64,000 nt of DNA, taken from Bugula neritina. Lineage: Eukaryota; Animalia; Bryozoa. Within the stretch, counting starts at the first letter, position 1, and each line of letters opens with the position of its first letter. The notes under the pieces were generated by a model that saw only the letters and a program-made list of their open reading frames with translations, ran no database searches and was not told the DNA's origin. The stretch is from contig OZ037770.1 of the NCBI GenBank assembly GCA_964035545.1, positions 1,240,001-1,304,000 on the forward strand, in the 5' to 3' direction. Shown piece by piece: positions 41,401 through 54,570 of the stretch. The position numbers and the translations under genes were made by a program.

Positions 41401-44400
41401 GTAGTCTTTTTAAACTTGACAACTCAGCCAGATAGAGAAATAGTCATGTCTATTTTCACAAACAGAAAACTTCCAAATACTTGATTTCAGGTTCTAATGT
41501 CATTGGTTTCTCAACAAAATAACTTTAACCTGTCTCGAAGCTTTTATTTGTTATTTAGCCTAATTAAACTGGTTAATTACTTCATTATAGGCATTGTATT
41601 ATATCGTCAAACAACATCACCATTTTCCAAGTTTCATTTCATATCAACTATTACTAGTCAGATAATATAATATATATATTCACCACACGCACAGCCTACA
41701 CGTACGATCACATGATGTACAACTACAAGGGCCACGCTGTGATTGGCTGCAACTGCACGGTGGAGCTGGAGGCGTGTCTACGCAATGAGTCAGCGACAGG
41801 GTCAGCGCTTGCAGAGGAAGTACTCGACACTCAGTTTGGGACGTTTGAGTACGTCAAGTGTCTGGTAGTCAGCAGGGAGAAGAAACAGTGTGTAGAGTGG
41901 GACCCCGTCTTCCACAAGTAAGTGGGGAAGGGGGGCTCATCACACCACCCGACCTACTCATACTAATAGCACACCACACAAGAAATGCGCTAGAAGCAGC
42001 ACTAAATTGGAGGTCACTGAGTGTAGTAGTTGGGCACTCGAACAGCCTATACAATCTCTGCATTTAGTCACCCCCAACTTGGTGCTGATTCTAACGATTT
42101 TCAACAGGAGACTATTTCTATTGCGTTTTTTTCAAATTCAAAACAATCAAATTGATTTCCCTAAAAACTCAAAAGAGTTGAAAGAAAACTCAAAGTATGT
42201 TCGTTCAACTTGCAGGTGCGAGAAGTACAAATGGGCAAACTACGGGCACCTGATTAACCTGTCAGAATACAAGACAGACACAAGCAGGTGGTCTGCAGAA
42301 GGCGATGAGTCATTGGCAGAAGAAACAACAGGAAACGAGACAGTAAACATGGAAAATCCACCCACAAAGCAGGAGTTATAACCAAATAAACTGGATTCTA
42401 AACACAGAGGAGAATAAACTACAAGTAAACATAACATGTGTAAAAGTAGACTAATATCCTACGCATAAAGCAAACCTGTTTGAGGGGGGCTGCTGCGACG
42501 TCTCGCTCTGCCCAACTGCAGAAGCAGGTCTATCCATGTGAGTCGTCTGCTTAGGTGACTCACTGACATGACTGACAGGTGCTTGAGAGCTGAAGGTCAC
42601 ATGACACAAATAGCTGATCAGCTTAGCCTGTGCTCCAGCAGCGAAACTGTGGGTGGCCGGGTTGGAGAGCATTTGACTAGCATTTTGTCTACAGTTAGAT
42701 ACAATTTTATATTCTCAGATTTTTAGAATGTTTGATGTTTATAGGAGAATAAACAAAATAACTTGATATGCATGTGTCTGTTGACTCAGAGATAAGTCAC
42801 CAAATGGCAGGTGCTTGTAAAGTGATTCATGTCAGAAAGTGACACCTAGATATGACATGAATCACTTTCATAACACAGTCTACTACCAATACTATTGCGG
42901 AAAGATCTAGAAACAAAATAAAGATTTAGCGATCACATGACCATCATAGATGCCAACGGCAGCGTATAGTTTACCGTTCTTCCAGAGTGACATGCTGCCC
43001 GTCCAGCACTGTGAGGTTACACGCCCAGCTGAGAACGTAAGCTCGGTAACTGTCCTTGTGGTGGGTGAAGTGTTGATAGGTAACACATGGGTTGTTCATC
43101 ATCGAGAGCTGCTCCAGTCGACGCAAATCCACCAGATGGCGCACCTGCGTCAGCAAAAACATAACTTTAGCAGTTTTTTAGAGTCAAATTTTTTGAACTG
43201 GAGAGTTGTTAGTTTGCTAAGAAAAGATCCTTTAATGAACATAAAACGTCCAATGCTTTTAGATAATTAAAATTAAAAATTATTATTATTATAGAAATCT
43301 GGCAGACTTTACCTGGTAGAGCTCTGAAATCTCGTTCTCCGCGAGGGAGAGTATGCTTAGATTCTTGGGAAGGTATCTAGGAGCATCTTTTATATCTCTG
43401 ATTATGTTACCATGTAGTAGCAGAGTCTACAATATGTTACCATGTAGTAGCAGAGTCTAAAATATGTTACCATGTAGTAGCAGAGTCTAAAATATGTTAC
43501 CATGTAGTAGCAGAGTCTACAATATGTTACCATGTAATAGCAGAGTCTAAAATATGTTACCATGTAGTAGCAGAGACTAAAATATGTTACCATGTAGTAG
43601 CAGAGTCTACAATATGTTACCATGCAATAGCAGAGTCTAAAATATGTTACCATGTAGTAGCAGAGTCTACAACATGTTACCATGTAGTAGCAGAGTCTAC
43701 AACATGTTACCATGTAGTAGCAGAGTCTACAACATGTTACCATGTAGTAGCAGAGTCTAAAATATGTTACCATGTAGTAGCAGAGTCTACAATATGTTAC
43801 CATGTAATAGCAGAGTCTAAAATATGTTACCATGTAGTAGCAGAGACTAAAATATGTTACCATGTAGTAGCAGAGTCTACAATATGTTACCATGCAATAG
43901 CAGAGTCTAAAATATGTTACCATGTAGTAGCAGAGTCTACAACATGTTACCATGTAGTAGCAGAGTCTACAACATGTTACCATGTAGTAGCAGAGTCTAC
44001 AACATGTTACCATGTAGTAGCAGAGTCTACAATATGTTACCATGTAGTAGCAGAGTCTAAAATATGTTACCATGTAATAGCAGAGTCTAAAATATGTTAC
44101 CATGTAGTAGCAGAGTCTACAATATGTTACCATGTAGTAGCAGAGTCTAAAGTATGTTACCATGTAATAGCAGAGTCTAAAATATGTTACCATGTAGTAG
44201 CAGAGTCTAAAATATTTCATCATGTGACAAGCAGGAAAACATTTATAATTAAAGTTGTTATTATGATATAGTAAATTCAATTTAGTAAACTTTTGGAAAT
44301 AATTTAAAAATCAAAGTAAGCCATATTTTCCAAACAAAACTTTTAAGTTTAGGAAGAAATAACCTATTAATTCTAAGAGTTATCTCCTTGATGGAATACC

Positions 44401-45471
44401 TTGAGTGAGTGTAGATGTGAGAGATCAGCTAGAGAGGTGATTGTGTTATCGGAGAGATCAAGGTGTTTGAGCGCCATATTGTTATGCAGTCCATTTATGT
44501 GACGAATATTGTTACCAGACCTGCATTTATACAACCAGAATCATATGCTATGAGTGAAGAACTATCAGCCAATGAAAACAGCACAGAGAATTACATGATA
44601 GCGCATTATGTTATTCTAAACCAATCAGAAGAAATCTACTATAAATTCAACCAATCACGAAGCACGACTCACAGATTGAGCCACATAAGGTGGTGGAGGT
44701 GACTCACTCCCTCAATGGAGCAGACGCTGTTCTCTGCCAGATTCAGAACTGTCAGGTGATGCAGGTTCTCTAGACCTGATATCTTGATGAGACAGTTGTG
44801 AGTAGCAGACAACTACAGTACAATCAGCCAATCAGAACACATTGCTCAGCAGAACCAACCAATCAGCATTAGCATAACATAATAAATCATATTAAATAGA
44901 ACCAACTAATCAGCAACAAGGTAACAAAATAAATTACATTATTCGCTGTGCCAGTGAGAAAAATGATTTATGAAACAAGCGAAAAAGTGTCAAAATCATA
45001 ATTTAGTAACTTAGTTGAACAATATTTTATCAATTATAAAAGGAAGACAACTTTACAAACCTGAACCAAGTTGTGAAGATGAGAGAGATTTTCCAGCTTA
45101 CTGATTGAGTTCTGATCTAAAAGGAGTTGCCGTACCTCTTCAGTGCAATAAGTCAACTCTTTATTCATATGAGTGACCATACGCTTAGAGAGGTCGAGTT
45201 TACCTGCATAAAATAGAAATTTTTTTACCTGCAAGCCTCAATTTGAAATCAGATAATATTTTACAAACAGTTGTTCAATACACTCAAATATACAAATAAA
45301 AAACATATAGAAATAGGATTCTTTGAATATAAAATCATATTTATCTAAAGTTTTATGCCACAAAGTATCAAAAAACAAAAATTATCACCTGTTAAAGAAA
45401 AATCATGGTTTAAAACAAAGTTACCCCATGAAAACTCATAATTTTCTATAAAGCTTACCTGCGGCTGCCAT
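35419..45471 (-). CDS. CEP97: Centrosomal protein CEP97 (LRR plus IQ motif)
   Basis: N-terminal LRRs include [20 protein letters not shown] and [26 protein letters not shown]. The IQ exon reads [28 protein letters not shown]. Phase-consistent exons include 45459-45471, 44400-44520, 43313-43426, 42476-42688, 38414-38581 and 35419-35469. Confidence 0.92.
37787..38171. mobile_element. Foldback (palindromic) MITE in a CEP97 intron
   Basis: gggtcattttacttaattt... and ...aaattaagtaaaatgaccc form arms of ~165-200 bp around a ~14-nt loop near 37955-37968. TA flanks suggest a Tc1/mariner derivation. Confidence 0.85.
39100..42381 (+). CDS. Secreted group III phospholipase A2-like protein, catalytic residues substituted, nested antisense in CEP97 (exons 39100-39330, 39731-39829, 40791-40863, 41260-41367, 41695-41917, 42216-42381)
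   Basis: Signal peptide. [24 protein letters not shown] and KC match the bee-venom-type PLA2 cysteine pattern. All splice phases are consistent. AATAAA at 42385 and 42412. Confidence 0.85.
40272..40585. mobile_element. PIF/Harbinger (Tourist-like) MITE
   Basis: About 70-bp TIRs (gcctagggccacacggtgcgtattttcgcatgc..gtccactgt and its inverse), flanked by TAA on both sides. Confidence 0.88.
43403..44215 (-). repeat. 30-bp array, 27 copies of a CEP97 3' splice site plus exon start
   Basis: Unit is tt(t/g)tag|ACTCTGCTACTACATGGTAACATA. Variant units recur 270 bp apart, indicating a higher-order duplication. Confidence 0.97.
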
Positions 45472-46670
45472 ATTGTTGACTACCCTGCTTGCTCAACCTG
45501 TAAAACCCGAGAGAAGTGTAAAATCTAATGACGACAGAAAAGAATCGGAGCCGACAGGGAGTAAAAAGGAAGACTGCAACTAAATAGAATTTTATAATCA
45601 ACTATAATATAACTACAGCCACAGAATTAGAAGTAAGAAATTTGTAATACAAACTATAAGTATGGAATACTAACACTCACACATGGTGACATGTATGGCA
45701 TTAATATAATAATAATTATATGATGAGTTAGTCATGTGACACATTTTGAATCATACAGATAGTGATACTGATACACATATCTAATAAATTATAAATATGC
45801 TTTTTAGTATTAAAATATTAGTATTACTATTACAATCAAAATAGAATTAGATAGATAGTGAATGTGATAGAATACTAATAGTAGTACTACAAGTACAAGT
45901 ACAATTATTACTATTACTATTAGTATTACTATAGTATTACTATTTAGTAATTATTCATTTAGTTTTACTGTGTACTCACTTATAGTTACTCTGACACTAA
46001 CTGACTTAACTTTAAGTATTACTATTAGCAATACTGTATAAGTATGAGTCATACTAATGGTATTATTATTAGTATAACTTAAAGTTCAAGTTTAACTTAA
46101 AGTTTAAGTTACTTTTATATTTGATTTTATTGTTATTAACATTTAATCTTAATAATTATTATTAATATTTAAGATCATAAGACTTGTAGTAATCAACAAT
46201 CACAGGTCTGAAGACCTTCACTTCCCCATATATAGGGGTCTAAAGGTTCTAACAAAACAAACAAACAATATAAAATTTAAAATTTTATATTAATAATAAT
46301 ATTAATACTCATACTGATACTCATAGTCAATGTCATAGTGATAGTCATACTCATACAGTCCATACTCATACTGATCGATAGATTGATATTTAAACAGCTT
46401 AATTTTATCAATAGTTGGCGTCACAAAATAAAATTGATCATTTGACTATGAAAAGTGCAATAAGAAAGCAGCTACAACTCATGCTTTCGTATAGGAGCAA
46501 TAATTGCAATTAAACACTCGAAGTCGAATACAAGTTTACAACACCAACACTCACACTGCAGCCTAGCTCTATGATTTTGTAAATGTACGCGAAGTGTATT
46601 TACTTGACCTAGCCGTGCGACTAGCAACAGTAAACAATAAATTTTCCGGGCGTCTCTATCAAGTCATCTT

Positions 46671-46728
46671 TATATATAAAAATAGCGTTAAGGCTATTTA
46701 CCCAGAAGTCCGTTTAATTTCTTTTTCC
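46671..46728 (+). promoter_or_regulatory. RPL24 core promoter: TATA-like tract and pyrimidine TCT/5'TOP initiator
   Basis: tatatataaa at 46671-46680, and ctttttcc at 46721-46728 shortly before the ATG, as is typical of ribosomal protein genes. Confidence 0.6.
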
Positions 46729-46739
46729 GACTTACCATC

Positions 46740-48781
46740 ATGAAGTAAGTACATTATATTTTTGTAATTGAGCGTACATGAAAAATCGGTAGTTTGCTTG
46801 ACAATTTATGCCCATCTCAACACTTCATGTTGTTTATATGTAAGCTGCTTGTTTTAGGATTGAACTTTGCTCGTTTAGCGGGTATAAAATATACCCAGGA
46901 CATGGGTCCCGCTTCATCAAAGTTGATGGCAAGGTAGGATTAACTAGATATCCATATTGCAATATGTGGCTTGAATCTTTAGCCACAATTTTAATAAAGT
47001 TTTCTTTTACATTTTGATATGTAGACATGGTGGTACGCTGCATACTAGCGTCAATCTGCCGTGAATAATTGAAATGGACTGCAATCCGTTTTGATAGCTT
47101 CAATGGTAAACTTCACTCTATTTTTAACTAAAACAAATCTTGTTATTGTTGAACTTGGTCTTGATTTAATGCCATTATTATGGCAATGTTCCGATATTTA
47201 AAATGGTAAATAGCTATAAAACTTTCGAAGTAACTGGGCATAGCTACTTACAGTTAGTGAGTTACTTTCACAGTACTGAATGAGTGAAAGTGTGTGCTCC
47301 AGAAGTTTTCACTCTTGCATTGCACCCATATTGAGTTACTGTTATACTGATGGTTCTTCCCTTCTAGTTTTTGCTGACAGTCATGACTAGAATATTGAAT
47401 AACTACTGAATCCTAATAGTATTTGTATAGGTTATGCTGTATTGAAAACTGAAAACTAAACATGGTTCTAGTGTAGTGAAATAAACATTTCATTTTCCTT
47501 AAAAGAAATTGTGGCTTTGTAGTTTGCCAGTTTTAACAAGAAATTTTCTGCTTTTTTTCGATTTTTGGAATATAAACCTGAACAATATAGCCACTGATAG
47601 TTATTTATCATTTTATAGGCTGATTATTGCATATTTTAGATAAATTTTACTTCTTGAGCTACATAGTTATAACAAACATTATAATGCATCTCTCATTTTA
47701 TGGGCTTGAACTTGCTGATTATTGCATATTTTAAATAAAGTGAAAATTAATTTTAATAGTTGCAATTTTTGGGAATACATTCTGCTGTCTCATTATGAAC
47801 AAGAACCCCAAAAACCATGCTGAATGTTGATTCTAATTACCTTCTGCTTGTGTTTGTAGTCCTTCATGTTCTTGAACAAAAAGTCCAAACGATTGCACTT
47901 GACCAAGCGTAATCCCCGAAGGATATCATGGACTGTGCTTTACAGAAGGTGAGCTTTTATTCTAGTCTCAGCCTCTATTCATCCATCTAGTATCTTAAGT
48001 GAATAAACTCGTTGCTTTAATTTTAATTGAGAAATATTATTTAAATACTTCTAAAAATATTTTCCTGTGCTAGTGACTTATCACCAAATACTTTTACAGA
48101 ATAAAGATTTAATTGCAATTTAAGTTACTAATGAAATTAAACTAGCATATTGCAACTACTAGTTTGACTTCTCAACTCCTCTCATAATAGGAAACACAAG
48201 AAAGGTCAAGTAGAAGAAATTACCAAAAAGAAGACACGAAAGACCCAAAAGTTCCAGAAGGCCGTTGCTGGTGCCACCATCAATGAAATTATGGCTAAGA
48301 GAAACCAGAAGCCAGAAGTGAGGAAAGCTCAGAGAGAGCAGGCTATCAGGTTAGATTCTCCTCTCTTGAAACAGTTTCAGAACATCATAGCACCGTGTTC
48401 ATAGCTCCAGTTATCTTTGGTCACCATAATTGTTATTTTTAGACGGACAAGGTATAAAAGGGTTTTTCAAAATTGAATATAGTGATTATAAATTAAGACT
48501 GATTCTATTATACTCTGAACTATATTGTGATAAGTGCCAGCATTTTACTGTGTTTGCTTGCAAATGATCTTTTACTGTGTTTGCTTAGTGATAGTGATAG
48601 TACCAACACATAGCTATGCATGTGGTTGTGTTGCAGAGCTTACAAAGAGAAGCAGAAGGCCAAAGTAGCAGCTAAGAAACCAGCAGCTGCTCCAGTCAAG
48701 ACGAAGGCCAAGGGAGCAAAACTCCCTAAGGCTGCAGCTAGTGGAGGCAAGGCTCCAGGCCGAGTGGGTGGCAAGAGATAG
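46740..48781 (+). CDS. RPL24: 60S ribosomal protein L24 (eL24) (exons 46740-46744, 46858-46933, 47860-47948, 48191-48349, 48637-48781)
   Basis: [57 protein letters not shown] and C-terminal RVGGKR. AATAAA at 48805. Confidence 0.98.
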
Positions 48782-48922
48782 TCTTTCTTGTATTTATATG
48801 TACAAATAAAACTCTGAAAACCTACTCCAGACGCTTTTGTTGTGTTTCTTGTAGCCTGTTGACCACCACACAGACCATTATCAGAACATAATCTAAATTT
48901 ATTTGTAGAATATGATATAAAC

Positions 48923-49320
48923 CAGGGTTTGGGTCAATTACATAAAAATTTGTCTATTATAATTACAGGAAAAAAGTAACGTAATTAATTACAATTATTT
49001 TTGTTCTCACAAAAAAATCACAGAAGCTGTACAATCTCACTTTTAGGGTCCAAATACCAGAGGCAATTTTGGTAAACCTCCTTTGTTCTCAACAGTGATA
49101 CTACCTAGACATACTCTGAACTTGTTATTTAATAGTAGACATGGTAGGAAAAGCAGGAAATTTTCAAAAAGTTTGAAGTAATTGTTATGTTACTATGAAA
49201 ATCAATTACTTCAGATATGTAACTAATTACAATTGCATTTTTATACATCATTTACAAATTACATTCAATTACTTGGAAAAATGTAATTAATTACAACCAA
49301 TTACAATTACCCCAACCCTG
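48923..49320. mobile_element. hAT-type MITE
   Basis: Termini cagggtttgggtcaatt and aattaccccaaccctg, with an 8-bp TSD atataaac/acataaac (7 of 8 match) and subterminal aattac repeats. Confidence 0.8.
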
Positions 49321-49703
49321 ACATAAACATGCGCTGGAAGATGTGTAAGTTAGTAAATGTGTATGCGCAGTACAACTAAGTTTCTTAGTCTTTGTTTCCC
49401 TAGAAGTCTTACAAATAACATGAGTTTGGCGTTTAGTTAATCTGAATCCTTGTTATATTTATTAATTGATAAATTAAAGAAAATTTAGAATATAATGTAA
49501 TAGATAGAGAAATTTAATAAGTTCCTTAAACTTGTCTAACTAATGTCATACGATGAGTCTGCTAGTAGAAACACTCAAAATAATGGTCACTAAAATATAG
49601 TTGATATGTCGGGCAGTCGCCAAGCAAGTGATGGAGCCAGCAGACAACCCCTGTAGAGACATGAACCCCTGATCACAGTGAATATACTGAGTGTGAGTAT
49701 GGA

Positions 49704-52700
49704 TCAGGTGCCACTTATGATGTACACAGACTCATTGAGAGTTACTGAACTAGATTCTGAGGAAGATCTTTGTATATCTGTGTTTCTATCGGAGTGAAAT
49801 CCGCCCACTAGTATGAGCTCTTGCTTACCTACAATATGATGCAATACTTTGTAGATATGATGTAATACTTCGTAGATATGAAGCATGCATCAATTTCTAC
49901 CCAAGTTTTGAATTCAACTTGGGAATTACTTTTGTACCAAGTCTCGTTAAGTAGTATGTTGGGATTTGTTATATATGGAATGCAAGTTGGATATATAGTC
50001 TATAGTAACGATTGAATGAAAGATTGAAACAGTTACTATATTTTGTGTTTCATAAATGCTTGAGAATCAATTTTGACCATGAACAACCCCAATTGGAAAA
50101 CATGCCAAAATAGCCATTCAATCAAAAAAAACTCGAGGCATGCTCCTTGACTGATAATTTACTTGAGTAATTTAAAATTTGTCACTAAAGTTGAAATTTC
50201 CAAGATTTATTACAACCAGCATTATTTGAAACTTTATGTAATACTGCAATACCTTCAGTCAGTGTGTAGCATAAGGTTTCTTCTAGACTTTCTCCGTATG
50301 TCTCTAAAGTGTTAGGAGGGGTCCACGTGACGTACCCGCTATCTATATTAGATATGTCTAGTGTGTGTAAGAACATGGGATTCTTCAAAGGAGATTCTTG
50401 CCTTATCTATATGAATGTATAGTTTGGAGTTGTGCACCCGTGGATGAATCAATAGATTGTACAGTTCTAGAGACAGTTTGAATTATTATTGCACTACTTA
50501 TGGTTATTGAAACATCGATAGAAGCAGCACTGAGTTGAGGGTGACTGAGTGCAGAACTTGTATATACATTATAGTCCAAACCTCCAACCAATGCACTCGG
50601 CGCTGCTTCTAGAAACTTTCTAGTTACTAAGCTACTAGCAACCAGTCAGAAAACAGCACACAACGTTCAGCCAATCACATATGCACTTACATTAGCAACA
50701 ACCCTGAGATTGCCCTTCTCCTTCAACTTATCTTCAAACTTCTTCAGCAGTTCCAGTCTCCTCTCTCTTCTCATTTGAGGGGTTTGTCTAACGCCCCTTC
50801 CTGACCTGTCACTGGACTCTAACCTCTCAGTCTGTGACAATGAGTCATCGTCATCGCTTGAAGCACTGAAACTGACCAAACACAAATCAGATGATAAAAA
50901 AGTTATAATAAACTTTTTTAAACTCAAGATATTTTACCTAAATTTTGAACAAAAACTAAAATAAATGTTCAAGTAGGGGAGGGGAGGAGCTAAACCCTAA
51001 CAGTGCTACTGTGAGGTGAATGGATAATAAACTCATTTCATGAAATTATCTGAAGTGCAACAGAACCAGCTGAGAGAGTTGGCGGTTCAAGCCCAACTAA
51101 CGGCATATTTTTTTCAGTTCATTTTTCACTCTACTCAATAGATATTAATAAAAAAACTCAAAGGCAGGCGGTATTAATCACCTGTTGGCAGCAATACTTG
51201 CAGGCTTGCTCCGCGGACTTATTCTAGAGAGAACTTCGGTGTCAACAGGATGTGAGACTTTGCTGACGACAGCAATACTGTTTCCGACCTGTAAATAGTG
51301 GACATGATGTAAGTAAGTAGAGGGATAGTATCTAGCTCTAATAAATGTCATATCACGACAATATAACAGACTACAACAGGACATAGTATAATGTAGAAGT
51401 AATTAAAACGTAGAGGTTAATAGAACTAACAAGTCAATAATGAGAACGAATGTTGGGATAAATAAGTGTAAAAGTAAGTAAGTATAAAGGTAAGTAAGTC
51501 CAAAGTAAATGAGTCCAGAGAAGTAAGTACGTTTAAAGAAGGTGAGTAGGTCCAAAAAGCAAGTAAATCTAAAGGTAAGTAGGTCTAATGGTAAGTTAGT
51601 CTAGAAGTAATTAGGCCTAGAAAAGTACATAAGCCTAGAGAAGTAAGTAAGCCTGGAGGTAAGTAAGTGTAAAGAAGTAAGTACCTTGCAGGCATTAAGA
51701 GACCACAGAGCAAGTTTGGAGCTGCACTGAGTGTGATTCACTTCCATTTGAGTCCAGATAGCCGTAAGGTCATGACCTTGGCTCTGGAGGGTCACGACCC
51801 AACAGTCATGGAACTTCTACATTAACACAACAGGGACAGTGCATATGAGAGAATAGAGTAAATAGAAATGTATTTGATAATTTATACAGGAGATAAAAAT
51901 AAATAAAAGCATTTCGAATTCAAATATCTTTAAATCTAGATTCTAGAAGAAAAAAGAAAATATTTAGCTTGAAGTTGGCCAGATACATATATATCTGTAA
52001 TGTTTTCCAACTTCAAATTATACTGATTAAAAAAAAACACAAACTACACTAAAAATGAAATGAGTTTTATTATTAAAGTGAAAGTAGTTTCAACACAGGA
52101 AGGTCAACAAAAGGTGAAGGTCATAAGTACCTGATTGGCTCCACCGCAACCTCCCAGCATCAACGCCTGGCAGTCACTCAATGCACACTACAGTAACAGG
52201 AGTGGAACATTAGTCAAAGTGATACAGTCACGAATGCACCTCAGAAAAATAGTAAGAAATGCGATAGTAACGAGGAAAGAAAAAAATTCTCAACTCACTA
52301 GAAAAGCACCAAATCGAGGCTGAGGCGCGTCTGCTTTGCTGAAATTTACCGCCAACCAGGACTTCCTCTTTATATCAAACAACCACAATTCATTGCAACT
52401 AAAAGAATAACCACAATTCATCGCGTATAAAAATATTACCTAGAAAATTCCAGTAATATAAGAGGAAATAAATACAGATATCACAAAATACTGTACACAA
52501 AGTTGAACTAAAATAGATGTTTAATGAATATATATTTTAACTACTTTTACAAAAGGCTGGAATTTACTGCCAATATTTCTTCAGTCAATACAACAAATAA
52601 TTCATAGAACACTTTTGCTTTCTATTAACATACTTCTTCACTTGACAAAATTTTCTTTCTAATTACGTGACAGAATATCAGATGACAAACAAATTTCAAC

Positions 52701-54570
52701 TATAAAATTCTTCAGTTAATAAACTAAGAGTAGACAACTGCGAGAGACATGACGTGTACCTGTGCCACAGGCTATGGGAGCCCCCGAACACCAGCATCTT
52801 GTCTCCGAGAACACAGGCCGAGTGTCCAGCTTTAGCCTCAGGTCCAAAGGCGGTGTTAACCACTGACCAGTTGCTACTGTGTATGTCGTATATGTGGAGC
52901 TGGTGGAAGAACGTCTGTCAACATACTAAGGCTAAGCATATCGGCATAATATGTTTCTATAAGCTAATAGAGTCAATCAAATACAGTGGAGTCACTTTAC
53001 TTAATTTAGTACACACTTGATATCTCTAGTTTTTAGTTATTTTTTCACAATTTTTCTGGTTTCTCACTCTAAACTAATAAAATACTAACAAATACAGCCG
53101 AATAAGGTTTTGTTAATTTTGCTTAGTAAATTGAGATAATTAGATGGTTTTTTCATCAGGGCCCATATATTATATACATTTAGCTCATATATGACAATGG
53201 CGTAGCGCTTTAATGTTGCAAAAACCCTTCCCAGTCATCTTCGCTATGCACAGGAAGAATCAGCACAAAAAATTGCCCTATATAGTAAATCTTCATGAAT
53301 TTTGAGCAAACTTTAATTTTTGATCATAATTTGCTGATGTTTACTAAATAAAGTTAAATGAATACGAGGAAGTTATGTGAGGAAACAATTATTTAGGAGT
53401 TATACACTCTTTGGAATACAAAATCATTCTAATAATAAACATAGACTCGTCTTAAAACATAACCTGAGGTCCAACGCTAACCTGATGCAAATTAATGGAG
53501 CGCGGCTGGCTCCAGCCACCAAATAGGATGAGCTGATTTCTGTACGCCACCATTGAAGATAAAGATTTAGGAGAGGGATATGTGCCTACAAATAGTTTAA
53601 TGTGAAATGGTTACCTAGCAACTAGTATATTTACCTTAGCAACAGGTGTGTTTACCATAGCAACTAGAATGCTTACCATAGCAACAAGCATGTTTACCAT
53701 AACAACAAGCATGTTTAGCATAGCAACAAATATGTTTAACCTAACAACAAATATGTTTAACCTAACAACAAGTATGTTTACTATAGTAACAAGTATGTTT
53801 ACTATGGTAGCAAAAAGAAACAACTTATCATATTCTGTCAACAGCTTATTTAGTAAACAATACATAACAAAGTAATCAGAACAATGCAAAATCATTAACT
53901 AAACAATATGAGTGTTACTTGTATGTGAAAAGAGATACTAACCGTTAGCCATGACGCGATTCCATTGTCGATTGGACAAGTCAAACCTCCAGAGGTCATT
54001 GAAAGAGGTCAGATTTGCGGTGCACCCGCCGAATACGTAGATACTCCCGCCTGCATAACACGCGTTGTGAGAGTATCTATTGGTAAAAGATAGTCGTATT
54101 CCTATGTTCTTGTTAGGTAGTTGCGTCCAACGTACCCTCCCGTCTTGTATAGCTCGTCTGAAAGATTTAGATCGACGGTTAGCTATTCCTGGAACATATA
54201 TTTATTGCTAGCTACAGACCATAAGTTACAAAGTAGAATTTGAAAAAGCAAAACAATTGGCATAATCAACCTTTCACTTTTTTCTCAAATTGATAAAATC
54301 TAACAACTACGATAATCATATTAACTTAAAAACAAGCAGCTTAGAGCAAAAAAGAAAAAACCTAACAAACTGTTTCAAAATCCGTAAAAATAAACTCATC
54401 TCACGAGAAGAAACATAAAATATATTGTACTCACCAGAAAATAGCCTGTGCCATCGTGAGCAAACTAAACTACAGTTGGGGTAATCCCTGTAGACACACA
54501 ACCTTTCAAATATAAATTCGAGTACTTCATCAGGTAGAATAGAGATATCGTATGGCACTTTGTCTAACAT
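49704..54570 (-). CDS. FBXO42: F-box/kelch protein FBXO42
   Basis: F-box ILPDEVLEFIFERL..CSLVCSRW, followed by kelch repeats YVFGGCTANLTSFNDLWRFDL, YPSPKSLSSMVAY..LFGGWSQP, GHSACVLGDKMLVFGG and LMLGGCGGANQ. C-terminal NPMFLHTLDI..ELILVGG matches FBXO42. Confidence 0.93.
52984..53125. mobile_element. Degenerate fragment of the foldback MITE family
   Basis: cagtggagtcactttacttaatttagtacacac matches the ends of the 23798 and 37787 elements. Confidence 0.7.
53610..53812. repeat. 21-bp degenerate minisatellite (tttaccatagcaacaagcatg) in an FBXO42 intron
   Basis: About 10 copies, directly visible. Confidence 0.9.

Noticed and set aside
43402-44280. 292-aa ORF of RLCYYMVTY repeats
   Set aside because: An off-frame reading of the intronic 30-bp array. 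The conserved CEP97 frame is different.
50403-50591. Extra FBXO42 coding exon
   Set aside because: It ends in a stop, and the flanking exons join in phase 0 without it.
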